A DNA stretch of 64,000 bases, from the NCBI GenBank assembly GCA_963772365.1, contig CAVYXA010000003.1:576001-640000 (forward strand), given 5' to 3'. The stretch's first letter is position 1. Each line of letters begins with the position of its first letter. This DNA is from an uncultured Verrucomicrobiae bacterium. Lineage in GTDB: Bacteria; Verrucomicrobiota; Verrucomicrobiia; Chthoniobacterales; UBA10450. Below are positions 1-11,335 of this stretch, piece after piece. Both the position numbers and the translations under genes were made by a program. The notes under the pieces are model-generated. The model was not told where the DNA came from and did no database searches. It saw nothing but the letters and a program-made list of their open reading frames with translations.

Positions 1-420
1 AAAGAATTCCGGGCCGTACTTCTCCTGGTTCAGCGCCACCGACGGCTTGCCTGTCCGAACAGTCTCGCTGAGATGCAGCCAATCCGGTATAAGGTGAGTG
101 CTGTTCATCGCAAAAAATCCGGCGAGCGAGCCAGGCTTATTACTAAGCAGGAATCCCTGGCTTTCCGGTGTGAGCGAATATTTGCCCTGCCGATCTTTTT
201 TCAGCAGCTCGAGACCAACCAGCGCGTTTGCGACGGCACGCAGTCCCCGCTTCGACGCCCCGGTCGAGTTGCTAAGCTCATTCACCGTTTTCGGGCCGCT
301 CTCCAACGCGTCAAACAATCTATTGCTGACTGCTGCGCCCACGATGATTGGCGGCGCATAGGCAAATCCCAACTGCATTAGACGTTCCGGCGTGACTTCT
401 TTTCTCTTTCGTTTCTTCAT
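1..420 (-). CDS. O-methyltransferase family 2 protein, N-terminal part; truncated by window edge, one frameshift near 255
   Basis: Manual translation from ATG at 420: MKKRKRKEVTPERLMQLGFAYAPPIIVGAAVSNRLFDALESGPKTVNELS..., then after a frame change RGLRAVANALVGLELLKKDRQGKYSLTPESQGFL..., resembling the winged-helix dimerisation domain of this family. Confidence 0.7.
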   Translation of the reverse strand, partial: MKKRKRKEVTPERLMQLGFAYAPPIIVGAAVSNRLFDALESGPKTVNELSNSTGASKRGLRAVANALVGLELLKKDRQGKYSLTPESQGFLLSNKPGSLAGFFAMNSTHLIPDWLHLSETVRTGKPSVALNQEKYGPEFF

Positions 421-508
421 TGCGATAATCAAGTAAGGCAAACTTCCCACGGGCGCGACCGGCAGATGTTCTTGCGCAAAATCTGCGACTCAGCGAGCAT
501 CCGTCATT

Positions 509-859
509 GTGGCAACCGAGGCGAAAGAAAAGTCTCTGCGGCGTGTCTCATTCATTATCCACGCTACACGGGGCATCATTCGCGACCAGAAGGCGCGCCG
601 CCGAACGATGCTCGGTTTGGTCGCAATCGCCCTCGTGCTGATCGTCGCAGGATCGACATTCTTGCAAAGTTCGCTCAATCCCCGCGAGCATCCGCTTGGG
701 TTTCTCGTGTTCTGGATTATTTGCGGTTGGGTGACGTTCTCGGCCCTGCTGCTGGCCATTTTTGATTTGGTGATGGTAAGACTCGAAGTGCATCGATCGC
801 AACGTGCCCTGCGGGAAGATTTGAAAAACAACTCGCCGGGATCGACGACCGACGAATAA
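509..859 (+). CDS. Small hypothetical membrane protein (2 TM)
   Basis: 116-aa ORF with two hydrophobic segments; ends 7 nt before dgt. Confidence 0.65.
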   Translation: MATEAKEKSLRRVSFIIHATRGIIRDQKARRRTMLGLVAIALVLIVAGSTFLQSSLNPREHPLGFLVFWIICGWVTFSALLLAIFDLVMVRLEVHRSQRALREDLKNNSPGSTTDE

Positions 860-866
860 TCGCCGC

Positions 867-2003
867 GTGAGCCAAAGTTGGAGAACACGCGAGCAAATGG
901 AAGCAGGGGAGCGCGCTGTGCTCGCGCCCTTTGCCCAGAAGTCGGGAGACTCGCGAGGAAGAAAATATCCGGAACCGAGCCACGCTTTCCGCACGGAATT
1001 TCAACGTGACCGGGCGCGCATCATTCATTCCCGCGCGTTCCGCCGTTTGGAATATAAGACGCAGGTGTTCTTGAATGGAACGGGCGATCACTTGCGCACG
1101 CGATTGACTCACTCGATCGAAGTCGCGTCGGTGAGCCGGACAATCGCGCGAGCGCTCTCATTGAACGAGGACCTGGCCGAGGCAATCGCGCTGGCCCACG
1201 ATCTCGGGCATTCGCCATTCGGACATTCGGGCGAAGAAATGCTGGCGGAATGCATGGTCGACCACGGCGGATTCGATCATAACAAGCAGAGCCTGCGAGT
1301 AGTCGAGCTACTCGAAAATCCGTATCCGATTTTCCGGGGCTGAATCTTACCTTCGAAGTGCGCGAAGGATTAAGGAAGACCGATCGGATTTATGAAACGA
1401 CTACAGGTGAGCGATATCATTCTCCCTCATTGGAAGCGCAGATCGCGGATCTCTCTGATGAGATCACCTATTACAGCCACGATCTGGATGATGCATTGAA
1501 TTTCGAGATTCTGAGTCCGGAGCAACTGGAGGAGACGCGGTTTGGCGGCGAAGCCATCGTAATGTCGTTGACCCGTATTCCCGGGTCCACGAACCTGAGC
1601 TGCACAAACTAATCATTCGCGACATCATCGACACGGAAGTGCGCGATTTGGTCGAGGCAAGCGCGAAATCGATCCGGATGCCGGTGTTCAAAGCGCCGAC
1701 GAAGTGCGCCATCAGTCGGTGCTGCTCATCCGCCACAGTGATGAAATGGCAGAGGCGAATCGCGCGCTCAGAAAATTTTTATACGCGAACGTTTATTATC
1801 ATCCTCGCGTGGCCGAGGTAAACCAGCGTGCCTGCGAAATGCTACGAGCCGTTTTTGAAAGATACATTGTCGATCCTGTGCGATTGGGCGACACTGCTGC
1901 GCGGCGGATCGAAAAGGAAGGATTGCATCGGACCGTATGCGATTACATCGCCGGGATGACCGACCGATACTTGATAGAAGAGTACGAGCGGCTCAAGGTC
2001 TGA
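867..2003 (+). CDS. dgt: Deoxyguanosinetriphosphate triphosphohydrolase (HD family), split by several frameshifts
   Basis: [70 protein letters not shown] and [10 protein letters not shown] spread over ORFs 867-1343, 1358-1612 and 1704-2003. Confidence 0.92.
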
Positions 2004-4885
2004 CTATCGCCGCTCCGAACTAGCCGGCGGACGAAAACCGAATTCGGCCTGTAGATCTCCCCAAAGCCAGTCCACGAACCGATCTTTGCGAATCGATACT
2101 GGGATCCTGGCCGCGGCGAGCCCTCGGCCTTGTCCACATCCCCATTCACACAATAAAGATAAATGAGGAGAAAAAGGTCGTTCAATTGGAAAAGCCGCGT
2201 CGATTGTTCCTGTTCCAGAAGTTGAATCGCGCCAGCAAGATTCGCGTCGGCTAGGGCTCCAGCGATCAGGTCGCGCGAGATGTCAGTGGGGCAAGAGATT
2301 CCGGCGATTTGCGGGCGGCTCGTTCGGCCAAAGCGAGGCGAAATCATCGGTATCTTCCGTAGCCAGGACTGGGGTGCGCAGGAGGGTATATCGAAGGTAA
2401 AGGTCGAGTTCGGCTAGCCAATTGCTTCCCGTCATCTCCGATTGGTATCGCGTTTCCCGGACTCCAAAAAAGAGGTCGAGCGATTTTTTCCAGTCGTCAG
2501 GCCAAATCTGATGAATTAGGGCAGAAGTAGAAAATCGATTGAGTGCGGCGTGTCGTTGCATGTAATGAAACCAAATTTGAACGCGGCATCGAAATCGGGG
2601 GGCGCGTCGCTGAGCCGTTTGGGTGAAAATCGTCAGAGGATCGACGCTTTCGTAAGATGACCGATTTCGTCGCCATCCATGAGGAATAAAGCTGACATTT
2701 GATCCGGGACTTCCACGCCAATACGACGCAAATCGGCGGCCGTTTCCGGATCGCTCCAGAGTCTCCGCGCGAGAGCATCGTTAGGTTTTGGCAGCGGCGG
2801 TTTAATCCCGACCATAATCCACTCCAAATCGTTGGTGGCCCAAACCGAAGCGTTTGGAAAAACGTTGTGGAATGCGCGGAGGATCGCTTTGACGTCATGG
2901 ATTTGGAATCTGGTAAAGCGGCAACCAATAGCTCACGATGCCGCCTTCTTTCAGCCGCCCTTTCACGAGCGAAAAAATTCTTCCGTGTAAAGATTGACCG
3001 TGCCGAGCGATTTCAGCGGAGGCGGTTCGCCTGTGATAATGTCGTATTGCTTCGGACAGGATTGAAGGAAAAAACGCCCATCTTGCACAAATGTCGTCAC
3101 GCGTGGGTCTCGCAGGGGATTGTCGAACCCCGCGCCGGTGTATGAATCGGCAAGCCCGAATACTTCGCGCGAAATATCCACAACATCGAGATGCCGGAGA
3201 TTGCGGTCGCGCGTCAATGCATCAGCCGTGACACCGACTCCGTAACAAATAAGCAATGCCTCCTTGCTTTGTGGGCGAATAGCCAGCGGCAAATATGCAA
3301 ATAAACGCATGTAGCGCTGGCTGCGCGGTTGCGTGGCCGACATGGAATAGGAATTCGTGACCAGCCGATAGTAGTAGGGCCCGGCGGGCAGATCGCGGCG
3401 CAGCAATTGAAACGTGTCTGCCGTTCCTTCGATCGTTCGGACCAACTTCGATCCATCACGTTCGTAAGTTTTGCGCGCATTCGCAAAGTGCAATTCGTCA
3501 CGGTGATATGGGAAGATCGACAGGACCAGAACGACAATGGCGGCGAGCCCGATAGTGAGCACTTGCAGACGCTTACGAACGGCGATGCCCGCCAGCGCAG
3601 CGTAGAGACTCGCAAATATTATCAGGCTTGTTTGAAATCCAAAGTGCGGCACAAAAACAAAGCCGGCCAGCAGCGGACCGCAGGCCGCGCCGATCGTGTT
3701 CCAAAGTATCGTTAGGCCAGCGCTGTTCATGCGACCGATCCCCTCCGATTGCACTGATGCCACGATCGTGGGCAGCAAAATCCCAGAGAGACAGGCGACC
3801 GGGAACATTAACGCCACAGAAACCAGCCCAATCTGTTGCCACGCGCGGATGTCGAAGGATGTTTTATCCCAAGGCGTGGCCGGAATTGGAAAAAATATGT
3901 AGGATAGAAGAGTCGGGATGGCTGCGAGCAACAGCAGCGCCGGAAGCAATTGTCGATTTCGCTGGAATCGGATGGACAGCACGCTCGAAAGAATCCCGCC
4001 AAGGCCGATTCCTCCCAGAACAACGGCGAGCATGACGGCGAACGCGATTGATGAAGATGCGACGTACAGCCGCAGGAACCGGAACCAAACGACTTCCAGC
4101 GCGAGAAATGCCAACCCTGTTCCCGCGCTAACAAATAGCAATTTCCACGGAATCGTCTTCGCTTCCAACAACTCAGGACCGGCGACTGTCGATCTTGTTT
4201 TTTGGATGGAAGCGATCAGCGCCAGGCTAGCGGCGAGACAGCAGATTGCGCCAGCAGCGAGGCCGGTGCCGAATAGTCCCCACAATCGAATCAGGATTGT
4301 CTCGCCGAGCAGGGAACCGGCGACTGCTCCGAGCGTATTGAATCCATAAAAGAGGCCAATAGTCCGACCGAATTCGAATTGGCGGACCAGCGGATCCTCG
4401 ACGAGCACCGGCAATGTCAGTCCCATTGCAGTTGTCGGGACTAGTAGAATCAAAAAGGCGAAGCAAAACCGGAGGCTGTTAAGAAATTCCTGATGGGTCC
4501 AGAGCGCCTGAAAAAGCGGGCGAAGCCATAGTCCAATGGCGGGAATGACAAAGACGAGCGTGCAGCCAAAGGTCGCGACGATTAATTCCAATCCAGCATA
4601 GATCCGGAGAGGCCTGGCAATTCGCAATTTCCAGCGCGCGGCGATCGCGCTGCCCACCGCCAGACCTGCCATGAAGCTCGACAAAACGAGCGCAGCCGAC
4701 CAAACGGAATTGCCGAAGGCAAGTCCGCTCAGGCGCAGCCACAGAGTTTCAAAAAGGAGTGCGCTGCATCCCGAGAGAAAGAGAATGAGCGAGATAAGGA
4801 GGACACGCAGGGATGGGCGATGGAGAGTCCGGTGCCCGACGCTCAATTCAGGTTCAACAGACGTGGGATGTTGGGCCTTGAGCAT
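2004..4885 (-). CDS. Fused multi-TM / spermidine-synthase-like SAM-binding protein; C-terminal third frameshifted
   Basis: Many TM helices, then ICYGVGVT..DVVDIS..QDGRFFL..YDIITGEPPP..NLYTEEFF; reading continues through frames 2633-2827, 2283-2561 and 1943-2347 to a stop near 2004. Confidence 0.8.
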
Positions 4886-4901
4886 GGGCGCGTTGAGATT
4901 T

Positions 4902-5513
4902 TTATTCGCTACGGTTTTCGTCTCGCAGGTACCGAATCACGAGACGAAGCCGATCGTTGACTGAAAGTTCTTCCAGCACTCGTTGCCGGCGAAGAGGATC
5001 GTTGACGAATGTTGATGCAATCAAATCGGCCAGCATTTCGGGATCGTTCAGATCGGAGAGATACTGATCCACTTTCGGCGGCAGTTTGCGGTCGCTTCCT
5101 TTAAACTGCGCATAAAGCTCAAGCACTTTTGTTCCGAGCGCATCGGTTTCAACCGTTGATTTCGCCTCGGTTTTCAGTCGATCGATCGTTGCAATCGGGA
5201 ACGGCGCTTCCTGTTCGAATCCGGTAAAACGGACGCGATCGAGTCCCTGAAGAATAAGGTTCGACGTACCATCGCCGCGCTCGACACAGGCCCGAATCAA
5301 TCCAACGCTTGCAACGTGAAAGAAATCTTCCGCCGCGAGCCATTCCGGGCAGCTCGGTTTGATCAAAGTCACACAGAACATCCGGTGATGCCGAAGCGCA
5401 TGCTCGAGCATGTCGCGATAGCGCGACTCGAAAATGTAAAGCGGCAGCAGTGCGCGAGGGAAAAGCACCGCGCCCGGCAACGGCATTACTGGCACCTGCT
5501 CGGGAAGTGTCAT
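4902..5513 (-). CDS. LON peptidase substrate-binding domain protein
   Basis: PVMPLPGAVLFP..LPLYIFESRYRDM; start ATG overlaps the aroD stop (ATGA). Confidence 0.88.
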   Translation of the reverse strand: MTLPEQVPVMPLPGAVLFPRALLPLYIFESRYRDMLEHALRHHRMFCVTLIKPSCPEWLAAEDFFHVASVGLIRACVERGDGTSNLILQGLDRVRFTGFEQEAPFPIATIDRLKTEAKSTVETDALGTKVLELYAQFKGSDRKLPPKVDQYLSDLNDPEMLADLIASTFVNDPLRRQRVLEELSVNDRLRLVIRYLRDENRSE

Positions 5514-6259
5514 ACGTAAAAAGTTGAATGCCGGACGCGGCTCGTCCACCGCCGAATTTCACAAAGTATGGGTTGCCCTGCCATCGTCGTCCGATCCATG
5601 CCGGCATAATTCAGAACCGATCCTTTTCCCATCAACTGGCGGCGCGCTTTCACCCCGAGCTTCCCGATCCCGAGCAAGCTTAGCGGTAGATCGACACTTT
5701 TATCTTCGATGAAATCAAGAAGTCGGTTCACTTGTTCCAGCGTGTCGGTGCGGCTGGCGACTTTGAAGATATCGGCGCCAAGAGCTTTTGCGCGGCGGGC
5801 CATGGCACACAAGCTGCGCAGGTCAGGCGTGGAGTGAAAATCATGAACCGAGATGATGATTCGGATATTTCTGTCACGCGCCTGATCGACGACTGTTTGG
5901 AGGTGTTCGATCGAACGCAGCTCCACATCGACATACGTTGCTCGCGGCAAGAACCGCAGAAGCAATTCGCCGCGCTTTTCGATCGAAAGCTGGCTTGCGC
6001 CACCTTCACGCGGATCTCGCGCGGTGATAATAAGGGGAGCGCCCAGGATCGACAATTTCGATTCGATCACATCGAGAATCTTCACGAGACAATCCAGGCG
6101 AAGCTCAAAAAGATCGGGCGGTCTTCGCAGTCGGATAGCATGATTGAGATCGGCCATCGAGGCGATCACTCCGACGATGCACCCGTGCCCCTGCAGGCCC
6201 TCATCCATTACAAAGGAATGCCCAGATCGCTGCGCTTTGACCGATCTGCGGGGTGCCAT
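5510..6259 (-). CDS. aroD: Type I 3-dehydroquinate dehydratase
   Basis: ELRLD, TARDPREGG, YVDVEL, SVHDF and DIFKVA motifs; exact start uncertain. Confidence 0.85.
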   Translation of the reverse strand: MAPRRSVKAQRSGHSFVMDEGLQGHGCIVGVIASMADLNHAIRLRRPPDLFELRLDCLVKILDVIESKLSILGAPLIITARDPREGGASQLSIEKRGELLLRFLPRATYVDVELRSIEHLQTVVDQARDRNIRIIISVHDFHSTPDLRSLCAMARRAKALGADIFKVASRTDTLEQVNRLLDFIEDKSVDLPLSLLGIGKLGVKARRQLMGKGSVLNYAGMDRTTMAGQPILCEIRRWTSRVRHSTFYV

Positions 6260-6302
6260 ATACTTGAGCCTTCCGGGAATTAGAGACCTGCTTTTCTAGC
6301 AC

Positions 6303-7694
6303 ATGCTCGCACGCAGTCAGGAATTTAACATACAACGTCAGCAAGTAATTGATGCTGTGGTGCTGGCCATCTCGCTGTGGATTGCGTACGTCCTGCGCAG
6401 CTTCAGCACGTATTGGTTTCACCTCGTCAATACGGTTGATGATTTCAAAAACTATCAATGGCTGCTGATCGTGATCATGCCGTTTGGCCCGATCTTCCTG
6501 GAGTTGCAGGGCTTCTATCAATCGCCGCTTGAGAAAACAAAGTGGAAATCGTTAGGCCAGATTATGCGGGCGATGGTCGGACTCGGAATCATGGTAGCGG
6601 CCGGCGCGTTTTTCCTGCGGCTCCCGCTCGTGAACCGATCGGTCCCGCTGCTCGCAATTTTCATTGCGACGCTCGCGCTATTAATAAAGGAAGAGATCAT
6701 CGTGGGCCGGATTCGACGCAAAGCGATGCGGGGCGAATTGCGCGAAGCGGTGCTGTTGGCCGGCGCTCCGGACGATATGGCTGCGCTGGAGAACTCGTTT
6801 ACGCAGGAGCAACAAATGTTGATGCACGTGGTCGGCAGGATCGACATCGATAACCAACCGCTTTCGGATTTGATCGAAGCGATGCATCGACATGCTGTAG
6901 CGCGGGTAATTTTTGCGGCCGGTCAGAGCCAGCTGAATCGTGTGGAGGCTGCCATCGGTGCCTGCGAAGTCGAAGGTGTATCCGCGTGGCTGGTGGCAGA
7001 CTTTATTCGGACTTCAATTGCAAAACCCGATTTCGACGCATTCGCTGGTCGGCCCATGCTCGTGTTTCGGTCAGCACCGGAAATTTCCTGGACGCTGTTG
7101 ATCAAAAATGTAATCGACAGAGTCGCTGCTTTTATCGCGTTGGTGATCCTGGCAATTCCAATTTCGATCGTTGCCATGATCATTCGCATTTCATCACCGG
7201 GGCCGGTGATTTTCCGGCAATGGCGCGCAGGCAAACACGGAAAACCGTTTGTGATGTACAAATTCCGATCGATGTACAGCGACGCGGAGATGAGACGTGC
7301 TGAGTTGGAGCCGTTTAATCAAATGCAGGGGCCGGTCTTTAAAGTTGAGGATGATCCCAGAGTGACACCGGTTGGCCGCTGGCTCCGGCGCACAAGCTTT
7401 GATGAGGTACCACAGTTGGTCAACGTGCTGATGGGGAACATGAGCCTAGTGGGTCCCCGCCCACTGCCCGTTTATGAAGTAGAGAAGTTCGAGAACACCG
7501 CTCAGCGGCGAAGACTCAGCGTCAAACCGGGATTGACTTGTCTATGGCAGATTAGCGGGCGTAATCAGGTGCGCGATTTTCGTGACTGGGTGAAACTCGA
7601 CCTCGATTACATTGATCACTGGTCACTCGGATTGGATTTTAAGATTCTGCTTCGAACGGTGCCGGCGGTGATCTTTGGTGCGGGCGCGAAATGA
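6303..7694 (+). CDS. Priming polyprenyl-phosphate glycosylphosphotransferase (sugar transferase, WcaJ/WbaP family)
   Basis: N-terminal TMs; KFRSM, DDPRVTPVGRWLRRTSFDEVPQLVNVLMGNMSLVGPRP, KPGLTCLWQISGRN. Confidence 0.92.
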   Translation: MLARSQEFNIQRQQVIDAVVLAISLWIAYVLRSFSTYWFHLVNTVDDFKNYQWLLIVIMPFGPIFLELQGFYQSPLEKTKWKSLGQIMRAMVGLGIMVAAGAFFLRLPLVNRSVPLLAIFIATLALLIKEEIIVGRIRRKAMRGELREAVLLAGAPDDMAALENSFTQEQQMLMHVVGRIDIDNQPLSDLIEAMHRHAVARVIFAAGQSQLNRVEAAIGACEVEGVSAWLVADFIRTSIAKPDFDAFAGRPMLVFRSAPEISWTLLIKNVIDRVAAFIALVILAIPISIVAMIIRISSPGPVIFRQWRAGKHGKPFVMYKFRSMYSDAEMRRAELEPFNQMQGPVFKVEDDPRVTPVGRWLRRTSFDEVPQLVNVLMGNMSLVGPRPLPVYEVEKFENTAQRRRLSVKPGLTCLWQISGRNQVRDFRDWVKLDLDYIDHWSLGLDFKILLRTVPAVIFGAGAK

Positions 7695-7750
7695 GTTTGT
7701 TGAATGGTTGAATGGTTAAGAAGCGCGGTGATCCGGTCCTTTTTAACTTT

Positions 7751-8353
7751 TCAACCATTTAACTCTTTAACCGCCACCATCCGTTCGACATACTTCGCCA
7801 GAACATCGAACTCCAGATTGAGCGGGTCGCCCGAACGCGCATGATCGAGATTCGTGTGGCGTTTGGTGTGCGGAATAATCCAAACGACAAAGCTTTCTCG
7901 GGAAACTTCCGCGACCGTGAGGCTAATGCCGTTGACTGCGATAGAGCCTTTGGGAACGACATAACGAGCAAACTGAGACGGCAATTCGATTTCGAGGCGA
8001 AAATCGCTTCCACTTCGCTCGAAACTGACGATGCGAGAAACGCAATCAATGTGGCCTTGAACGAAATGGCCGCCGATGCGGCCGTTTGCAGAAAGCGAGC
8101 GCTCGAGATTTACCAGGCTTTTTGATCGCAACGACTTCAGATTCGTGCGATCGAGCGTTTCCTGAAGAAGATCAAACGTGAGCTGATTGCCCCGACGCGC
8201 GTTCACCGTTAGGCAACAGCCATTCACGGCGACGCTTTCGCCGCGACGAATTCCTTTCGCAATCTTCGCCGCTGCAATCTGCAATTGAACGCCTGCCGGA
8301 GGCAAACTGATTCGGAGCACTTGGCCCACCTCTTCAACCAAACCGGTAAACAT
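7751..8353 (-). CDS. ribE: Riboflavin synthase (alpha chain)
   Basis: MFTGLVEE N-terminus, SVAVNGCCLTV, GGHFVQGHID, KGSIAVNGISLTV. Confidence 0.95.
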   Translation of the reverse strand: MFTGLVEEVGQVLRISLPPAGVQLQIAAAKIAKGIRRGESVAVNGCCLTVNARRGNQLTFDLLQETLDRTNLKSLRSKSLVNLERSLSANGRIGGHFVQGHIDCVSRIVSFERSGSDFRLEIELPSQFARYVVPKGSIAVNGISLTVAEVSRESFVVWIIPHTKRHTNLDHARSGDPLNLEFDVLAKYVERMVAVKELNG

Positions 8354-8466
8354 CGTTTTAAGGTTTTGTCAGGATCAGTTCGACGGGCAACTCAAATCTT
8401 GGTCGGGACACGCATCTCTCTGTTTCGCGCTGGCCGGGATCGGCGATCACGTTTACAACAACAAAG

Positions 8467-9771
8467 GTGGCCATGATTCTCGCTTTATTTGCCGCGGTTT
8501 CTCGAGATCCGGCGGTCTTTGGTGTTTCCATCGATTTCATTCTGTTCGGCCTGACTTTGATCGGGGTAGCCATTTTTCATCATCATACGATGTATGTAGC
8601 CCTCGCGGGGCTGGTGACGATTTCGATTTACAAGATCCTGTTCACCGGATTCAAAACGGGCGCTGGGATTGCGGGCCTCGTTTCTCACGTCGAGCATGAG
8701 TGGGTAATCCTGGCAAACTTGCTTTGCTTGCTACTGGGCTTTGCACTGTTATCGCGCCATTTCGAAAAAAGCCATATTCCGGTGGTCCTACCAAAATTTC
8801 TTCCGCACGATTGGAAGGGCGGATTCCTCTTGCTGGTAATAGTGTGGATTCTATCAAGTTTTCTCGACAACATTGCTGCAGCGCTAATTGGCGGCGCCAT
8901 GGCGCACCAACTTTTCCGCGCGAAGGTGCATATTGGTTATCTGGCGGCAATTGTCGCCGCGTCAAATGCCGGCGGAGCGTGGAGCGTTCTGGGCGATACG
9001 ACTACTACCATGATGTGGATCGCGGGAGTTGCTCCATTGCAGGTTTTTGAGGCGATTATCGCGGCAACAACGGCCTTGTTTATTTTCGGGATCCCAGCTG
9101 CGATGAAGCAGCACAGGTATTCTCCGATTTTAGGCCACGCCCACGAGCATACCCAAATTGATTGGATGCGAATTGGGATTGTCGGCCTGATTTTGGTTCT
9201 CGCGTTGACAACGAATGTCGTGGTCAACACGAAGTTTCCGACATACTCGAGTCATTTTCCATTCATCGGCCTGGCTGTGTGGATAGCGATTCTCATCTCG
9301 GCGGGAATGCGCCGGCCTGATTGGGAAATCCTTCCGCGCGCTGTACGAAGCTCCGTTTTTCTGCTCTGTCTCGTTTTGATTGCCTCTATGATGCCGGTAG
9401 AGCGTTTGCCGCAGGCATCGGCGAAAACCGCGCTCGGCCTCGGTTTTTTGTCATCCGTGTTTGATAACATACCGCTGACGGCTCTCGCATTGAAACAAGG
9501 CGGTTACGATTGGGGCCCACTGGCGTACGCAGTTGGCTTTGGCGGATCGATGATTTGGTTCGGGTCTTCAGCCGGCGTCGCGCTCTCGAGCATTTTTCCC
9601 GAAGCGAAATCGGTAGTCGCATGGATCAGGGGTGGTTGGTTTGTCGCAGTGGCTTACGTGACCGGATTTGCAGTGATGCTGATGTTGATAGGCTGGCATC
9701 CGGAACCAAAAAGGCGGCAGGCGCATACAGCGGCCAAGCCTGCAGTGATCCATGTCGATCTTAATAAATAG
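8467..9771 (+). CDS. NhaD/ArsB/citrate-transporter (IT superfamily) membrane protein
   Basis: About 12 TMs; SSFLDNIAAA, SNAGGAWSVLGDTTTTMMW, SSVFDNIPL, GGSMIWFGSSAGVA. Confidence 0.85.
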   Translation: MAMILALFAAVSRDPAVFGVSIDFILFGLTLIGVAIFHHHTMYVALAGLVTISIYKILFTGFKTGAGIAGLVSHVEHEWVILANLLCLLLGFALLSRHFEKSHIPVVLPKFLPHDWKGGFLLLVIVWILSSFLDNIAAALIGGAMAHQLFRAKVHIGYLAAIVAASNAGGAWSVLGDTTTTMMWIAGVAPLQVFEAIIAATTALFIFGIPAAMKQHRYSPILGHAHEHTQIDWMRIGIVGLILVLALTTNVVVNTKFPTYSSHFPFIGLAVWIAILISAGMRRPDWEILPRAVRSSVFLLCLVLIASMMPVERLPQASAKTALGLGFLSSVFDNIPLTALALKQGGYDWGPLAYAVGFGGSMIWFGSSAGVALSSIFPEAKSVVAWIRGGWFVAVAYVTGFAVMLMLIGWHPEPKRRQAHTAAKPAVIHVDLNK

Positions 9772-9792
9772 AAATAATAACGGCGCTCGGGT

Positions 9793-11100
9793 ATGGCGGC
9801 TTCCTTGAAGAAAATTGAGCAAACGATTTTTCAGCGCTTTTTCCGGACGGAGACCCGCGGCGGATCGATTCTCCTCTTATTTGGAATGGCTGCCCTCGCT
9901 ATCGCCAACTCGCCCTTGGCAGGGGGATATAATGAACTTTGGAAGCAATTCGTAACGATTACCGTGGGCGGCCACTCGCTTTCGCTCACCCTGCATGGCT
10001 GGATCAATGACGGTCTGATGGCGGTGTTTTTTCTGCTGGTCGGGCTTGAGATCAAACGTGAACTCCTGGCCGGCGAGTTATCATCACCTAAGCAAGCCGC
10101 CCTTCCGATCGCCTGTGCCATCGGCGGAATGATTCTGCCAGCCGCGGTCTATTTAATATTCAACGCGAGCGGAATTGGTTCGCGAGGGTGGGGCATTCCG
10201 ACGGCGACCGACATTGCTTTCGCGCTGGGCGCATTAAACATTATCGCTCCGCGCGCTCCCATCGGCGCGAAAGTTTTCCTGACTGCGCTCGCGATTGTCG
10301 ATGATATGGGAGCGATTCTGATTATCGCTGTGTTCTACTCGAATCACGTGGCGTTTGGCGCGCTTGGAATCGCTGCGCTGATCTTTCTTATACTGATTGC
10401 GCTGAATGTTGCCGGCATCCGCTCTCTCTGGCCGTATTTATTATTGGGACTTCTGCTCTGGTACTTTGTCCACGAGTCGGGGATTCATCCTACTGTCGCG
10501 GGTGTGTTGACAGCATTTACGATTCCGGCACACACCAAAATAAATGCTGCCGAATTTTCCAGCGAAGCGCGGTCGCTATTGGACCGATTTGATCGAACTG
10601 AAACGGGAGATCTCCTGGTTTTGACGAGTAAGGGCCAGCAGGAGACGCTTTTCGCGCTCGAGCATGCCAGCGAAGGAGTCACGGCGCCAATTCTCAAACT
10701 CGAGCACGCGCTGCATAATTTTTCGGCATTTGTCGTTATGCCGCTGTTCGCCTTTGCCAATGCTGGCGTTAAGATTGGTGGTTCAATCGAGCACGCGGAA
10801 ATTGTGTTTGGAATCATGGCGGGCCTGATCGTTGGTAAACCGCTTGGAATTGCTGCGGCCGCTTTTTTCGCAGTGAAGACTGGCCTGGCCACGCTGCCAA
10901 CTGGTGTTCGTTGGCCCTCGCTGATCAGTTACGCTTGGCTGGCGGGCATCGGTTTCACCGTTTCGCTTTTTATCTCGATGCTCGCATTTGTGGATTCGTT
11001 AGTAATTGAGGCGGCCAAAGTCGGGATTCTGGCTGGCTCCTTACTTGCTGGCATTATGGCTGCGCTGCTGCTCGCAATAACGGAGCGCCGAGAACGGTAG
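9793..11100 (+). CDS. nhaA: Na+/H+ antiporter NhaA
   Basis: WINDGLMAVFFLLVGLEIKRE, GWGIPTATDIAFA, LAIVDD, GIGFTVSLFI. Confidence 0.96.
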   Translation: MAASLKKIEQTIFQRFFRTETRGGSILLLFGMAALAIANSPLAGGYNELWKQFVTITVGGHSLSLTLHGWINDGLMAVFFLLVGLEIKRELLAGELSSPKQAALPIACAIGGMILPAAVYLIFNASGIGSRGWGIPTATDIAFALGALNIIAPRAPIGAKVFLTALAIVDDMGAILIIAVFYSNHVAFGALGIAALIFLILIALNVAGIRSLWPYLLLGLLLWYFVHESGIHPTVAGVLTAFTIPAHTKINAAEFSSEARSLLDRFDRTETGDLLVLTSKGQQETLFALEHASEGVTAPILKLEHALHNFSAFVVMPLFAFANAGVKIGGSIEHAEIVFGIMAGLIVGKPLGIAAAAFFAVKTGLATLPTGVRWPSLISYAWLAGIGFTVSLFISMLAFVDSLVIEAAKVGILAGSLLAGIMAALLLAITERRER

Positions 11101-11335
11101 AAATCTTTGATAAAATCGTGAATTTCAGAACTCAAGAAAAGAACATTGGAAGCCCAGAAAATGCTTTATTTTCTTCTAGGCAGCTTCCCTAAAATCCGGT
11201 AAAACGGCGGAAAACAGGAGATCGGGAGGACAAAACCGCCTGTTTGCCCGTTCAAAAAAAATTTGAAAAAAATGAAAAAAAGCCTTGTCAGACCCCAAAT
11301 TCTTCATTAATCCCTACGCAAACCTAACCCAACCC

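Noticed and set aside
8354..8466. FMN riboswitch upstream of ribE
   Set aside because: No recognisable RFN conserved blocks on the minus strand, and the spacer is short
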